This document shows positions 37,429-50,892 of a DNA stretch of 64,000 nucleotides, one piece after another. Where the stretch lies: assembly GCA_964270895.1 (NCBI GenBank), contig OZ185436.1, one strand, 5' to 3'. The DNA comes from Podarcis filfolensis. Lineage: Eukaryota. A program made the translations under genes and the position numbers. Position 1 is the first letter of the stretch. Every line of letters starts with the position of its first letter. The notes under the pieces were generated by a model. The model had not been told where the DNA came from. It saw nothing but the letters and a program-made list of their open reading frames with translations, and searched no databases.

Positions 37429-39904
37429 CTGAAAAAAACACATAAAGGTGAAAGAGGATGTAGGAAGATGAGTGCTCTTTTCCCACTTCCTCCTGCAGAT
37501 ATATGTACTTTCCAATTTAATCAGAAAAGACAATTTATAGATTCAATATACTTACAGCAGGTTAACATATAAGTCACAACATCCTTCCTAATCACGCATG
37601 CTAGATCAACTAAGAATAAGGACCTACACATGTATGTGACTCTGGTTCTTTATTTGCTGAAAGAGGATGTGTAAGCCCAAGGCTTGGCTCCAAATCCCAA
37701 CATGTGACTCTAAAATAGGACGGATGCACTGCCTCCTTCCCTTCCCCTCCTCGCTGACACTTGTGATGCATTTGGTGAGGCATCCAAAGCTAGCATCTCC
37801 ATCGGTTTATCTGTATTTTCTCCTATAACCAAGATAAATATTGATTGCCAAGTACTTGCAGTTATATTACTTGTCAATCAGTGCTATTGCTACTACCATC
37901 CTAACCAGTGGGAACTGACCTACAATGGCTTGTAAACTGAGAACAAGACCGAGGACATTCATGCATATGAGTAACTGGCAGAGAGTTGTTGCCCTCTGAA
38001 CTCCCAAGTCTGTGAGAAGTTATGAGGTATGAACTACTGCTAAGAGAACAAAGTAGTGAGGATATCAAAAACTCTGATTTTGGCTTCAACATCAGAGCAA
38101 ACCACTCTTTGATGGAAGGCCCACACCACATCTTGTTTCAGCTGCAGTGAGTTAGGCTGCAAAAGAAGGCTGTAGTGGATACTGTTTTGCCAACCATCCA
38201 GAACTCAGCATGGTATGCATTCAGCAAAGTGATAAGTAGGATGCAGCTTGAAGAAAGGGCTAACTACAGCTTGTATTGAATAGGGTTCCTTGATGCCATC
38301 TGCTCTCCTGAGCTTTGTGTACAAGAATTTGGGACAGAATAGTCGTAATTTGTTAAGCGCTGCAAAGGTCAGATGAATAATAGTTAAATATCACAAATGC
38401 CACATACAAAGGAGGATTATGACATTAAAGAGCTACAGTCATGTTGACAGAAAACATACATTTACTCACTCCTCAAAGGGCACAATCTGTGGCTGTTACG
38501 CAGCTTTAGTTTTCCAGGGAAGTTAAACTAAAAAAACCTAGAAATTTTATTTGCCCCACCCCCAGCAGAAATAATAAGAACTCGTGTGACTTTTCTCTAC
38601 AACCATAGGAAGACACCAGCTTCAAAATGTCCAGATTTTGTTCCAGTTTCCAACCTTTCTTCATTACAAGAAGAGTAATGCCAAAAATGACATTCCTCCT
38701 TAGCTTCCATAGTCATCCATATGCATTACAGTTGGCAAAATTTAGAAGTATTGCTCTATCTACCCATTTTAATTACCAAAATCCTAGTTGCTTTTAAAAT
38801 AACAAAGCTTCCTCCCCCCCTTGAGTATTCAGGAGAGCTGAAGATCGCCATGGAAATAATAAAATGGTGCCAGAATTTTTTTTGGCACTGATTTACTATA
38901 CGTCTCCGGAGAGATATGCACAGGGGAGAAGATGGAGGCAATCTTAAAAAGCAGACGTCTTCCCTACAACCCTCCTTTTAAAAATCATTCTATTTTTACT
39001 AACACTACATCACAAAGAAAATAAACACTAATATACTGTGAAAGCATGTTTTTTCTAATGAAGCTGGAATATCAATCAGTTGTTCCAAGGTGAAAATCAG
39101 ATTAATTGGGGTCTTGGCATATGAAATTCATTTATTAACTCAGTTCCATTCATTCATTTATTTATTTATTTTGTAATTTTGATAAATAGTGAAACTCATC
39201 ATAAGGCCAATGATAATGGCACAGTCCTCTAACTAGATTGAAAAAATGCTATTTGCTATATGAAGCACCATTTCCTTACTGTCATGACCACCCTTTTTTC
39301 TCCAGATGTTGTTTGACTCCAGCTCCCAACAACTGCAGCCAGCAATGCTGATCGCCACATTTCCCATCCATGCAGTAACATCTGTAAGCTACATGGAGGC
39401 TGTGCTGATCCCTCTGCTAGTGCCAAATAGCAATGGCAGACCTTGGGGTCTTAAATTTTAGTAGCAACCTGTGCGACATCCAAATTCTGTGCATGCCCCC
39501 CCACCTCTCACCTTCCATTCTATATCAAAGTTCTAGCACCCCTGAGGCTCTGCATCCAGTGCAATTGAACCAGTTGCACTCCCCTAAATCCACCTCTCTC
39601 AATAGCTCAAGTGGCAGACGGGCAATTGCCAGGATCAATTTAAATAGGGGATTGATCAGAAACTGTTGCACAACCTCCTCCAAGCTCTTAGTGGTGCTTC
39701 CTATGCTTCGTGCTAAATCACACGACCAACACTGTGTGAAGTTGCTAGCTAAATGAAGCCTTATAAAAAAGTGTTTATTTGGCTATACACTGCTTAAGCA
39801 TATACACAGCACATGAGATGAAATGTATTTTATACCATTGGCAACTACATTTCCCATGATGCGCTGTGAATATACATGAATTGTGCTTTTGTCAAGAAGT
39901 ATTA

Positions 39905-40090
39905 ATTGAGGCAGCAATGGTTCCAGAAATGCCGGAATCCACAAGAGGGAAAAGTAGTTGAAAAAGTGCTCATGTTGTGCTTGCTAAACTCCCACAGGGA
40001 TCTGATTGGCCACTGTGAGAAAAGGATGCTGGACTAGATGGGCCACTGGCCTAATCCAGCAGGCTATTGTGATGTTCTCATTCTCATTCT
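39905..40090 (+). mobile_element. CR1 LINE 3' end
   Basis: ttggccactgtgagaaaaggatgctggactagatgggccactggcctaatccagcagg + attctcattct tail. Confidence 0.8.
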
Positions 40091-41339
40091 GCAACACAAT
40101 ATTCACATTAAGTATGTTTTTGCTAAAAACTTCCCTCCCACATTCCCTACCCTCAAAAATAAGTTTTATGAGGAGTAAAGCCTTGTATATTTATTTTTTT
40201 CAACAGCTTAACATCCACACTGCTGGTTTGATCCTACAGCCTCAAGCAGCTGTTGTTCTTGAACAGGGATAAATACGCTCTAAACCATTTTTATACAGGA
40301 AAAGGAAGATACTCAATAGCTATGATGCTTAGGATTGCATATAGGCCTTTTCTCTTTTGAACAAAGGCCATGGCTCTCCAATATTAAATGAATTCACAAT
40401 GTCTGTAAGAATACCAATACCACTAGAGAGGTCAAAAAGGATTCTGAGCCTGTGCACACTAATGAGGATACTTCAAGAGATATTATGAGGAGCACTAAAA
40501 GGATAGAAATGAAACTGTATTGTAAAAGTAGAAAGCCAGATACTCTCATAAGAAATAAGTATGTATTATTGTTTCCTTCAAATAGTATATTCAGAGATTG
40601 CATTGTGGATAACAGAAATGACCATGACAATCAATATTATTCACACATGGAAATATATGTTTTACATTTGGTCACCGTATCATAACTTGATGTCAGGAAG
40701 GAAATCTAAAATGTGTCCACACCCTAGGTCCAACAATACATTATATAGTAATCACAATGTTTGAACTTGTTCTTGTACAAACTGCCAGATCGGCTGCTTG
40801 ATTTGGAATGGGAATCTGGCATAGGGGTTGGGGCAATTAAACCTTTGTGCCCCACTGTAGTTCAGCATGGGGGAGGAAACTCCTATCAATTTCAGTGGGA
40901 GCCTTTCTGTGATACAAGTAGGAGGTATGCCTGCAGCACTGATCAGGACTTCAGTGGCGATCAAAGGATTAAAATCTCCAAATTCCTCTCCCTACCAGAG
41001 TCACAATCTGGACCTTTGCCTGAAATCTATTGAACAACAATCCTTAAATCTTTAATGAAAAACAACATGATTAATTTGAAATGTAGCAACCTGGAGCAAG
41101 GCTTAGATGTTGAATGGATCTTGTGGAGAAGAATATATGAAGAAGGCAGTCCTCAAGTGTTCAAAAATATTCAAATTGCTCTGTTACTTACATGTACATA
41201 TGGGTCAGATAGACAATATTTTTGTGGAGTAGAATATATTTTGGATTTATTGAGAAAGATATGTCTTGAAGGTTAGAAGAGTGAAAGCTTGCAGTCCTTG
41301 TGTTTCTGGTTCAAGGAAAGAGCAACAAGGCATGTTCAG

Positions 41340-41600
41340 GTGAAATGTTAAATGGGGGCATGGGGAGTGGTAGCATGCAAGACCTGCCTCTAACATTTCC
41401 AGGTGTGCAGCCTCATCTTTAGACTTCTGCACAAAGGTCTGAAGAGGGTTTCTAAGCATGTTCCAATTAGACAGTGCTCCCAATCACGGGAAGATTTGTA
41501 AGCGTGTTTAGGAGAACATTCTTGGAGATCTCCTTCAGACCTTTGAATTAATTTAATGAAGGTTTGAATATGAGACAATGGTACTTGGTACATTGTGGGC
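41340..41600 (-). mobile_element. Degraded CR1-like fragment
   Basis: Loose match to the reverse complement of a CR1 3' region (gttccaattagacagtgctcccaatcacgggaagattt). Confidence 0.4.
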
Positions 41601-41988
41601 AGGGCTTGTGTCTGTGCCACAATGTTTTCTTATATGAAGGTCAATACTAAAATCTGCTTACTGTGTTGTGGCACCAGGAGGACATCTAACTCTTCCCAGT
41701 CCCAGAATAAACCAATGAGTGGCCAACAGTATTCCTGTTCTAAAATCAGAAACTCTGATCCAGACAGAATTCGACAATTAGAGCCTCTCAAAACACTGCA
41801 AATCTTCTCATGATCCATCAACAAAGGTTAGCAGAAGTTGTGCCCCATCTGCCCTGTCTCTGTCACTGGGGGGAAAGTGGTGCCAGAATTGACGGATATT
41901 TCCAGCAAGATCTCACCAAAAACACATGAGTTTTTGAGAGTGTGAGATCTTGTGTGATATTGCCATGATCTCACCCAAAATTAGTATA

Positions 41989-42214
41989 CAGTGGTACCTT
42001 GGGTTAAGTACTTAATTCATTCCGGAGGTCCGTTCTTAACCTGAAACTGTTCTTAACCTGAAGCACTACTTTAGCTAATGGGGCCTCCTGCTGCTGCCGT
42101 GCCGCAGGGGCCCGATTTCTGTTCTTATACTGAAGCAAAGTTCTTAACCTGAAGCACTATTTCAGGGTTAGCGGAGTGTGTAACCTGAAGCGCATGTATC
42201 CCGAAGTACCACTG
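41989..42214. mobile_element. Tigger/pogo-like MITE (inverted relative to the 19494 copy)
   Basis: cagtggtaccttgggttaag...ccgaagtaccactg; TA TSD. Confidence 0.9.
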
Positions 42215-43200
42215 TAAATGCCTGCAGCACTTCTCCACAGCAGGGGTAGCACAGGAGACAGGAGCAGGGCAGCACTTCCCAATTCACCTCAAGCAGCGAA
42301 ATGAGATGTGCTGCCCCAGCCAGGAAAGTTTTTCTTTAACAGCCTTGCCACTGCTTATTTTAGGCCTGATAAAACAGCTTCCTCTCTTAGAGTAACATTG
42401 ACCACAGCTATTCCCACTTTTCTAAACCAATAAGGACTATTTTGAGAATGCATGAAGTAAGCCTCCAAGAATTCTGTTGATATCCTTGAGCTCCATGAAT
42501 TGAAAAGTATCTACAAGAACTGGGCATGCAGGTATCAAAGCTACAGAAACTGAATCTGCAGCTTTGTTGCCACAAAGAGTTCTGGAAGTGAGACTGGACT
42601 AAGGGGAAAGAAAAACCATTGCAAACTGAATACAGAATAGTCTCTTTGGTTGTCCAGTGTACACCACTGAACTACAATCATACACTTTTTCAGTTACGTA
42701 CTGTAAAAACAGCTCTGACTAAGCAGGCTTTCTCACTCTCTTAGTAAATAATCCATATGATAATTTGTAGACACAATTCTTCATTTATATTCATACTGGG
42801 GGGATTTTTCTCAGAACTGCATATCCTATATTTTAGAATAATTTAATTGTAAATAATATATTGAAACACTGAAAGAAGGAAATTGCAAGGGTTCAGAAAG
42901 CATTCAGTTATTATTCTAGCACACAGGGAATGTCTATCCTTCTGTCTTAAAAAAACCCTCACCTCTGTAATGAACTTAAATCTACATCTAGTGGTGTCAA
43001 TGGTAAGTTATAGAAGACACCAGTGGAAGCAGCTTTCTATTCTGCCCTTTAATTTTCTGGGCAATTATTAATGTAAAAGAGCCAGCCATCTTCAAGTTCT
43101 AAAATTAGAGAACCATTCCCTAATATTACATATTGATAACAAAATATTAAATTATTTTTAAGCTGTCAGCTTATTGGACACCACACAATTTCTAGATTTA

Positions 43201-43442
43201 CGTTGGTAACTCGAGTTACAGACACTTCAGGTTACAGACGCTTCAGGTTACAGACTCCGCTAACCCAGAAATAGTACCTCGGGTTAAGAACTTTGCTTCA
43301 GGATGAGAACAGAAACTGCGCAACGGCAGTGCAGTGGCAGCGGGAGGCCCCATTAGCTAAAGTGGTGTCTCAGGTTAAGAACAGTTTCAGGTTAAGAACG
43401 GACCTCTCGAATGAATTAAGTTCTTAAACAGAGGTATCGCTG
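43201..43442. mobile_element. Tigger/pogo-like MITE
   Basis: Same family as the 19494 copy, with degenerate TIRs and TA on both sides. Confidence 0.85.
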
Positions 43443-46400
43443 TATACAGAAGAGATGCCAGTACCATACAACACAAACATTTGCTACTCTATTTAGTTAA
43501 GAGTTTAAAATAATAATTTTACATGCTCTATGAACTCCATACATTCCAACACTGCAATAAGATCCTTGTGCTGTGTTTTAATAGGAAGGACAACTTATCA
43601 CTTCTTTTTATCACATGAAAATCTTGTACTGATTTGATAGAGATAGAGGATTTATTTTAGCAATTAATAATTAAGTGTTTATCTGTTTTCAAATAAAATA
43701 AGAACTTTTCATGTAAAAACAGAAACACATCAAACACGTATATAAAAACAAGGGAATATAAGAAATCCATGCTGCCTGCTAGTAACAAGTTATTACAGAC
43801 ACAATCAGGCAACATCGCAGCCACGGACCTTCCATAATCAGCTTGCTAGTGCATTCTGCCAAATCAGTTCCACTGTGTGCCTCCTCTAGTATGAGTGAGA
43901 GCAACCATCTATAAGCCTTGGCTTACTGTGACGTCTGAACAGGAGCTCGTGGCTTGTTTGTCTCCAAACAAACTACAATATGAAGCTAAGGTTTGTTATT
44001 GGCTTCCCAACTGTGGTTTGTTTAGGGAAAATAAACCACAAGTGCTGGCTTGGATGTCATGGTAAATCCAGATTCGTGGTCTGTTGTTTTTGCTCATGGA
44101 AGGGGATAAGCACAGTGAGAGTTATTTGGCAGCATGCAAGAGCATGTTGCTCTCTCATCCAGTTATAGCCTGTACACAGTTATCCATTGTTCTATATTTT
44201 AATAAAACATTTTCAAGCTCAAATAACTGTGCATAACCATTGTCTTCCAATTTCAAATATTGGAGAGATCGTGTCCTTAAAAAAATGACTTCTATAGGTT
44301 TATAAGGAATTGTTTTGCCAAATGTTATTTTAACTTTATGGTTTCATTCAAGGAGCTTGTCTATCTATATGTATTCAAAGAAAATTGTGCAGTCAACCCT
44401 CAAGCTTTGAAGGATAACACTCCAATTTATTATCTCGTTTAAATAATAAGTTAATAAATGAATTTGCTTGATAATAAATAATGCTACTTCAGTTGCTACT
44501 GCACCATCATACCTACAGCTGCTTGATAAAATCTTGCTGGTCAACCAGTTTCAGAAACGTATATGTATTCTACTCAACACTAGCAAGATATCCCATTTGT
44601 CTTGAGATGACCATTCATATATTCTGTTATTAACTGAAATACTTATTCTGGACTTCTCTGTATTGTACTGAACTCCCATTACTGAGCAGCAGTTCTGTCA
44701 ATTATAAATAGAATTAATATGTTTTACTGAAGTCACGTCTTTCTTATTAATTTCCTAAACCATTCTGCAAAATTATGTGTAACTAGCATTTATGCTGCCA
44801 GGCAACAGTACTGATGCCAAAAATTAAGCAATCCTCCACCCCCAATTAGTGGGTAATTCAAGGTAACAAAACAAAACAAAAAGTTTTATTTCTTACTCTG
44901 ATAGGTTCACTGTCTGGATTACAGTTGTTGAAAACAAAGTGGGTACCAGCGCATTAAGGAGGCAACCAAGTATAGCAGCTGGCTTCATGCACAGCATGAG
45001 TCATAGCATAACAGCAGGATATGCCAGAAACATTAAGAAACATGCTGCAGAAGATCCTAACTGGAACTTGTGGGCTCAAGAACAACAAGAGTAAATGATA
45101 CAAAGGATGGCAATAATTTAGCAGGATAGCATTTGTTCAGAAGGCAAGACTCTACTTCTGTCTTTAATAATAAATTAAAAGTTCAAAGAGTTTAAGTTAG
45201 AATAATTTTGTTGATTTCATAAGTAACTGAAACCAGTATTCACTGTTGTGCGCAAATAATCTAATCTATAATAACCAAAAGCTTCAACATCTTGATTTTT
45301 TACGTTACATACAGATACTGCATGTAACGTATCCATTTTGAGCTTGTTTGAACTCTCCATTAAATTAATTGTATCTCCTCCCTGGTTCTTCTTCATGTAT
45401 GATTAGAAGTACAGGCAGAACTCATCTTACATTGATTTTACTTATGCAACCACAGCTTTATGCAGATAGCAGAAAATATAAAAAATAAAAAGGGGTAGTA
45501 GAGTGGGGTGGGGCATGACCCAGAAGGGCCACCTGAGATCTGGCGGAAGCCCTCATGGAACTTCCCCAGAGCCTGCAAAGCGGGGGGGGGGGGGAGGGAG
45601 GCGGGCGGGGGACAGACTGAAAACCTGTTTCCGCTCCAAGTTTCCCTGCTGCTGAAACACCTTGGAAGGTTGCACGAGAGATCTGTCCCCATCATCTAGT
45701 GATCAGAAGATTCCGAACAAAGAAGTTCCATTTAGCCATCAGCGTTTACTCCCCCTGCCTCTTTTTTCTACTACCTACCATGCTGCTTCCTATAATCCCT
45801 GGATCTGTTTTCTACATGGAAAGTAGTAAATTTATAATTGTATGAATGAGTTTATCTCAATATCATTTCTTCTCTTCTTGGCTATCTCTTTTCCCAGTCT
45901 TTACTGAGCACATTTTCTGACTGATTATGCTCTTTACTCTATAAACCTATACCCTTCCTCATCTTATTTCACACAGATCCCCTCACTTTATTTTTGAAGT
46001 GTGAGTGAAAGAAGAAAAAGTATGACTGGATGTTAATAATAGGAGAAAGTTTGATTTCTTGTGTTAGTGTATATTATTAACGCTTGAAGTGGGACTTGTG
46101 TATACCTTTTGCTTGTGCTTTCAATGTGTGAGTCACCACTTTCGACATTCTTGATAGTCACAAATATAGTAGTGCAACTTATGCTTCCTGTATTTGGCAC
46201 AAATCATCAAAAGCCAATGACAATGTAAGAAAGGTGGGTTTTAGGAAACAATACCATTCTTTTTCTCTAAATTTATACACACAGAAAATAAAATAGAAAA
46301 AGTTGAGGTCTTCATACTTTATAAGAATTGTATCTTAAGTATAATTACACCTATTTCTGTCCTAAGGTCATCTCTTTTGAATAACAGAACCATGTCACTA

Positions 46401-46513
46401 TCCATGAAAACTTCCAATTTTCAAAGACATGTAAAACATGTTGAAAATATGATCTGCATTCAATCTAAACAGTTACGAACACTGATGAATTCGGCTCTCC
46501 CCATCACTATCCT

Positions 46514-46675
46514 AAGAACATAAGAAGTTGGGCTACCTAGCTCAGTATTATAAACATGAATCAGCCGTGGCTTACCAGGGTTTCAGATGTGTGACTTTTC
46601 ACAATTCTACCAGTAGATGCTGGGAATTGAATTTGGGGCCTTTTGCATGCAAGACATGGGTTCTACACCCCCTCC
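46514..46675 (-). mobile_element. tRNA-headed SINE with CR1-like tail (Squam2-like), degraded
   Basis: Minus strand reads ...cttgcatgcaaaaggccccaaattcaattcccagcatct...ctgagctaggtagcccaacttcttatgttctt. Confidence 0.5.
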
Positions 46676-47257
46676 CAATCTGTAGACAATAAAAATAAGG
46701 ATCAACTGGGGAAAGTAAAGAATTGGTGTGTTCACCCATCACTTTATTGTGCTGGAAATGCAAGCTTCACTGACTATATAGTTTCAACACAGAGCAAATA
46801 AATGCTAGCTAACAATGTATTAGTTTAGAACTAGTGATAGTTCAGGGGTTTAAAAGATTTTACTCAAGTTTGCTATGTAGTATTTTATCTAACTGTATAT
46901 TGTGCATTTTCTTCTATGTAAAATGTGGAGCTATTTTCTTCCATGAGAACAGCTGGAGATCATGTGCTGGATGTATCAATCACTAGACATTTAAACACTA
47001 ATCTTATGCTACTTCCTTCTTTCTTTCGCTCGATAATTTTATTGCTTTGGCACACTATTTCCTTTAACCACAGATGAGTGCTCAGCTGGCCTTACAATTT
47101 ACAATATAATGCATGAGACCCCCAAACTTTTGCCTAATATCAGATTTCAGAAAAAAGTATGAGCTTTATCCACGGTACTTAAAAAACCGAACAACTTAGC
47201 ACAGGGCATGTTCACTAAGTCAAGTAATTCTTCATGGGGTGGGCACTGAATTGCTTC

Positions 47258-47508
47258 GAGAAGAAGAAGAGTTTGGATTTGATATCCCGCCTTTCACTCC
47301 CTTTAAGGCGTCTCAAAGCGGCTAACATTCTCCTTTCCCTTCCTCCCCCACAACAAACACTCTGTGAGGTGAGTGGGGCTGAGAGACTTCAAAGAAGTGT
47401 GACTGGCCCAAGGTCACCCAGCAGCTGCATGTGGAGGAGCGGAGACACGAACCCGGTTCCCTAGATTACGAGACTACCACTCTCAACCACTACACCACAC
47501 TGGCTCTC
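47258..47508 (-). mobile_element. Squam3-like tRNA-derived SINE, full length
   Basis: Head gagagccagtgtggtgtagtgg (A box), gggttcgtgtc (B box), CORE-like middle and (TCT)n tail. Confidence 0.8.
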
Positions 47509-47570
47509 TACTAGTTATCTAAAACCAATAAGTTTATTATTTATAAAACATATTTTGACAATGTCTACAC

Positions 47571-47761
47571 AAGGGGTAAGGTAGTCAACCTTTTTATACC
47601 TACTACCCACTAATGCATCTTTCTTGATGGTAAAATTTCCTTACGGCCCGCCAGTGCTCGATGGAAGGAGGATTCAGCTTGTGCCGTAGAACCCCCTACC
47701 GCCCACCTAGAATCTTGAAACGCCCACTAGTGGGCGGTAGGGACCAGGTTGACAACCCCTG
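47571..47761. mobile_element. hAT (Charlie-like) MITE
   Basis: Perfect 8-bp TSD gtctacac (47563-70 and 47762-69); TIR ...gtagtcaacc / ggttgacaacccctg. Confidence 0.9.
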
Positions 47762-48511
47762 GTCTACACAGTTTGATAAACATGCACATAGCATCAAGTA
47801 TGACCTCTTCCAAATCTACACTGGGACCCTTTTCTTATAACTGATGTAACAATGACAGCTTGAAACTATCAATCATGAATGTCTTAACATTAAAAGGAGG
47901 ACTTTGTGGACATCTAGCCCACAGCTGTTGAGCAAACCATGCAAAATTCACAACAGTATTACATGGATCTCCATATAGTTGCAACAATCCACATTCAACC
48001 CAAACAAACAAAGGAGCCATCAACCCTGAATGACTGTTATCTTCAATTTTTCAGTTACTTTCTTGAGAGAAGGATCTGAGAACACTACTGAAAACAACAA
48101 TACAAAACTTGGCAACAGCCTGATGACACTTTGATAAATATCATACTACAATACATGTAAAATATACCAAGTAACCAAATACACAATTTAACTTCTCTGG
48201 TTCTTATGAATTTAAAACTGTTTTGGAACAGGGTGGGTTCCAGTACAATCTAAATGAATAATAATAATATAATGGTCTTGACTGAAGTAGTGTTTCAGTA
48301 CTGTTCTTGGCATAATGACAGTAATTTAAAACACTTCTAAGCTGCAGCCTATTTTGTAAAGTGTTGACATACCAACTTATTCATTTCTATTCTGTTTACA
48401 AAGTATAGATAAGTTAGGAAAGCATGAGGTTTCTTTCTGGAGGTGCTTGAAGAAAGTCTCTTGGCATTAAAAAATAATAAAAAGAAAGCTAATGAAACCA
48501 CACAGAGTGAT

Positions 48512-48699
48512 NNNNNNNNNNNNNNNNNNNNNNNNNNNNNNNNNNNNNNNNNNNNNNNNNNNNNNNNNNNNNNNNNNNNNNNNNNNNNNNNNNNNNNNNN
48601 NNNNNNNNNNNNNNNNNNNNNNNNNNNNNNNNNNNNNNNNNNNNNNNNNNNNNNNNNNNNNNNNNNNNNNNNNNNNNNNNNNNNNNNNNNNNNNNNNNN
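48512..48699. other. Assembly gap (188 N)
   Basis: Run of N in the sequence. Confidence 1.
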
Positions 48700-49749
48700 T
48701 GCTGAAGATGTTGCATCCTTCTTCAGAAGTCCAACAATTACCAATTTAATGTTAACTAATCCTCATCCATAGTCAAGATAGCAAACCTAACCTGAGCTTT
48801 CTGAGTCTGCTTTTCATAGTGTATGCACAAGGGGGGGGGGGAATGGGATGAAATAATTTATTATTTGCTGTGACATTGCTTATTACTGTCATTTCAGGGT
48901 ACTTTGACTAAGAAAGAAACCACGGTTTCTGCAAAGGAGATATTATTCAACACGTGTTGATGATTTTTACCACCACTACTACTATTACTACTACTACTAT
49001 AATATTAAGACAAATGCTGTCATCTGTTTTTTGCCTCATGTTTAATCTTTTTTAATCTTTTTCATTTTTATATGACATTAAAAGCAAATTGTAAAACCAG
49101 ACTAAAATAATACAGAAAGAAACAAAAAGCAGATAAATAAATATATATAATTGATGGCTTAAATCCAGACTTATCACCTGCCCTTCATCTATTTGTGTCA
49201 CTGTTGCACAGTGGGCTGAGGAAGCAGAAGCAGGTGGTGAAGTCAGCACAGCACAAATGTACTGGCAGGAGCTTTGGACTGGCTCCACCCTCACTGGCAT
49301 CTCATCCTACCCCGCTTTCTCCGTAGGCAGCAGCAAAGCATACGGAGAGAAGGCGAATGGTACAGCTCCTCTACACCTTCTGAAACTGATCGTGGCTAGC
49401 AAGTCCCATTAATTCCAGTGGATCTACTCTAAACATGCCCAAGTACAGATGCAACCCTGTATGCTGTGGTTTCCTGGCTGCAGCATAAAGCAAGAAAGGC
49501 CACCCATGTTTTCCCTTCCCAGATTAATATTTCAATTCAAAAGATAGTTTTGTCATTATCATAAGCTCCTGACTCCTAACTCTCATGGTCCTGAGAACTC
49601 TTTGCTCTCAAATTAGTTCAATAATATATAATGTCATGTTCAAACATTGCAGTGAATTGTTCATTTAAAGGATCCTATAGAAATTAGGAGCGGAAAAACT
49701 GGCATCCTTGATATGTGCGTTCCATCAGCAAAATAGTCTCCCAAACACA

Positions 49750-49964
49750 ACTGCTCAAACGGCTTGGCTCCCAAACAAATCGGCTCTCAAACACCGCAAA
49801 CATGGTTTGCAAACATTTTTTGGAAACCGAACTTCTGACGCGGCTTCCACTTGACTGCAGGAAGCTCCTGCAGCCAATTGGAAGCTGCGCCTTGGTTTTC
49901 AAACGGCTCTGGGAGTCTAACGGACTCCCAGAACGGATTAAGTTCAACAGCCAAGGTACCACTG
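49750..49964. mobile_element. Tigger/pogo-like MITE, left TIR lost
   Basis: Body matches the 17299 copy; ends ccaaggtaccactg + TA. Confidence 0.8.
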
Positions 49965-50825
49965 TACGTAATAAAATATGACACGAAACAAGACCATTCA
50001 GCTGTTTGTGAGGCATATTTGGCAAATTTGCTGTAAACGTTTCTCAACATGGTTAGATAAGCATAAATTGTGAAAAACAGATAACTTAAAATGCTTAACA
50101 TAAGGTAATTTGTTAACTGAAAAGATATATGAAAATGAAAAAAACAAGGCCGCCCACAGTGAAATGTCATGGCTGCCAAAATTGACATCAAGGACACCAG
50201 GAGCTGAGAAAGAAACTGCACATATATATCCTTAATATTGCTTAAATGATCATCTCATTACCTTTTCACATTGCTCTATTAATTTTTTTTAAGGCATGCA
50301 GCTCCCTCTATTTCCTCAAGAGATGACATACTGCAATTATAGGACTTTTGTAGATTAATTGATGTAGATGCTACTGCTAAAATGGCCTGCCTTGTTGATT
50401 TAGATATTGACAGGTTTAACAGAAGTGTATTCTATTGATTATCTGTTTACAGAACAATAAGGGTCATATCGTGTAAAGTGCTAATCACAACTCTTCCAAC
50501 ATTAGTGAGTTCTTGCCACTTTATTCCACTGAGCAGTAAATGTAGCATTTTCTGTCTGTAATAGCCAGTTTCAAAGATACTGCTAATATAGTTGAGGATT
50601 AAGAATTGAACCCATTACATTTTTGTTTTAGGAAGGACTTTGGGAAATAGAAGGTGGCAACTACAATTATAACACAACTTTTAACTAAGAAGAGCTATCA
50701 ACCAGTTTTAATTACATGTTGATTTTAAAAATATTGTCTTTAATTTATATCTGCTTAACTTTTTCCAGGTTCATCATGTTTGGTACCATTCTATTTGGGA
50801 GTCAACAGATTTATATCATACTTAC

Positions 50826-50892
50826 TTGCCCTGGTTCTGATGACACAATGCTATCATCGATGTCCAACAACATAAGAATCTGGATCGTAGAG
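50826..50892 (-). other. Candidate 67-nt cassette exon
   Basis: Acceptor cattctttcttag| and donor CAA|gtaagt (50825-50820), in unique, repeat-poor sequence. Confidence 0.35.

Noticed and set aside
47400-47508. tRNA-like sequence with A and B boxes (also at 60541-60620)
   Set aside because: These are SINE heads continuous with SINE bodies and tails, not tRNA genes.
48349-48772. Four ORFs of 75-131 aa
   Set aside because: They are open only because they cross the N gap.
49684-50221. ORFs of 88-144 aa
   Set aside because: Largely made of the MITE at 49750-49964; the same pseudo-peptides recur at the other copies.
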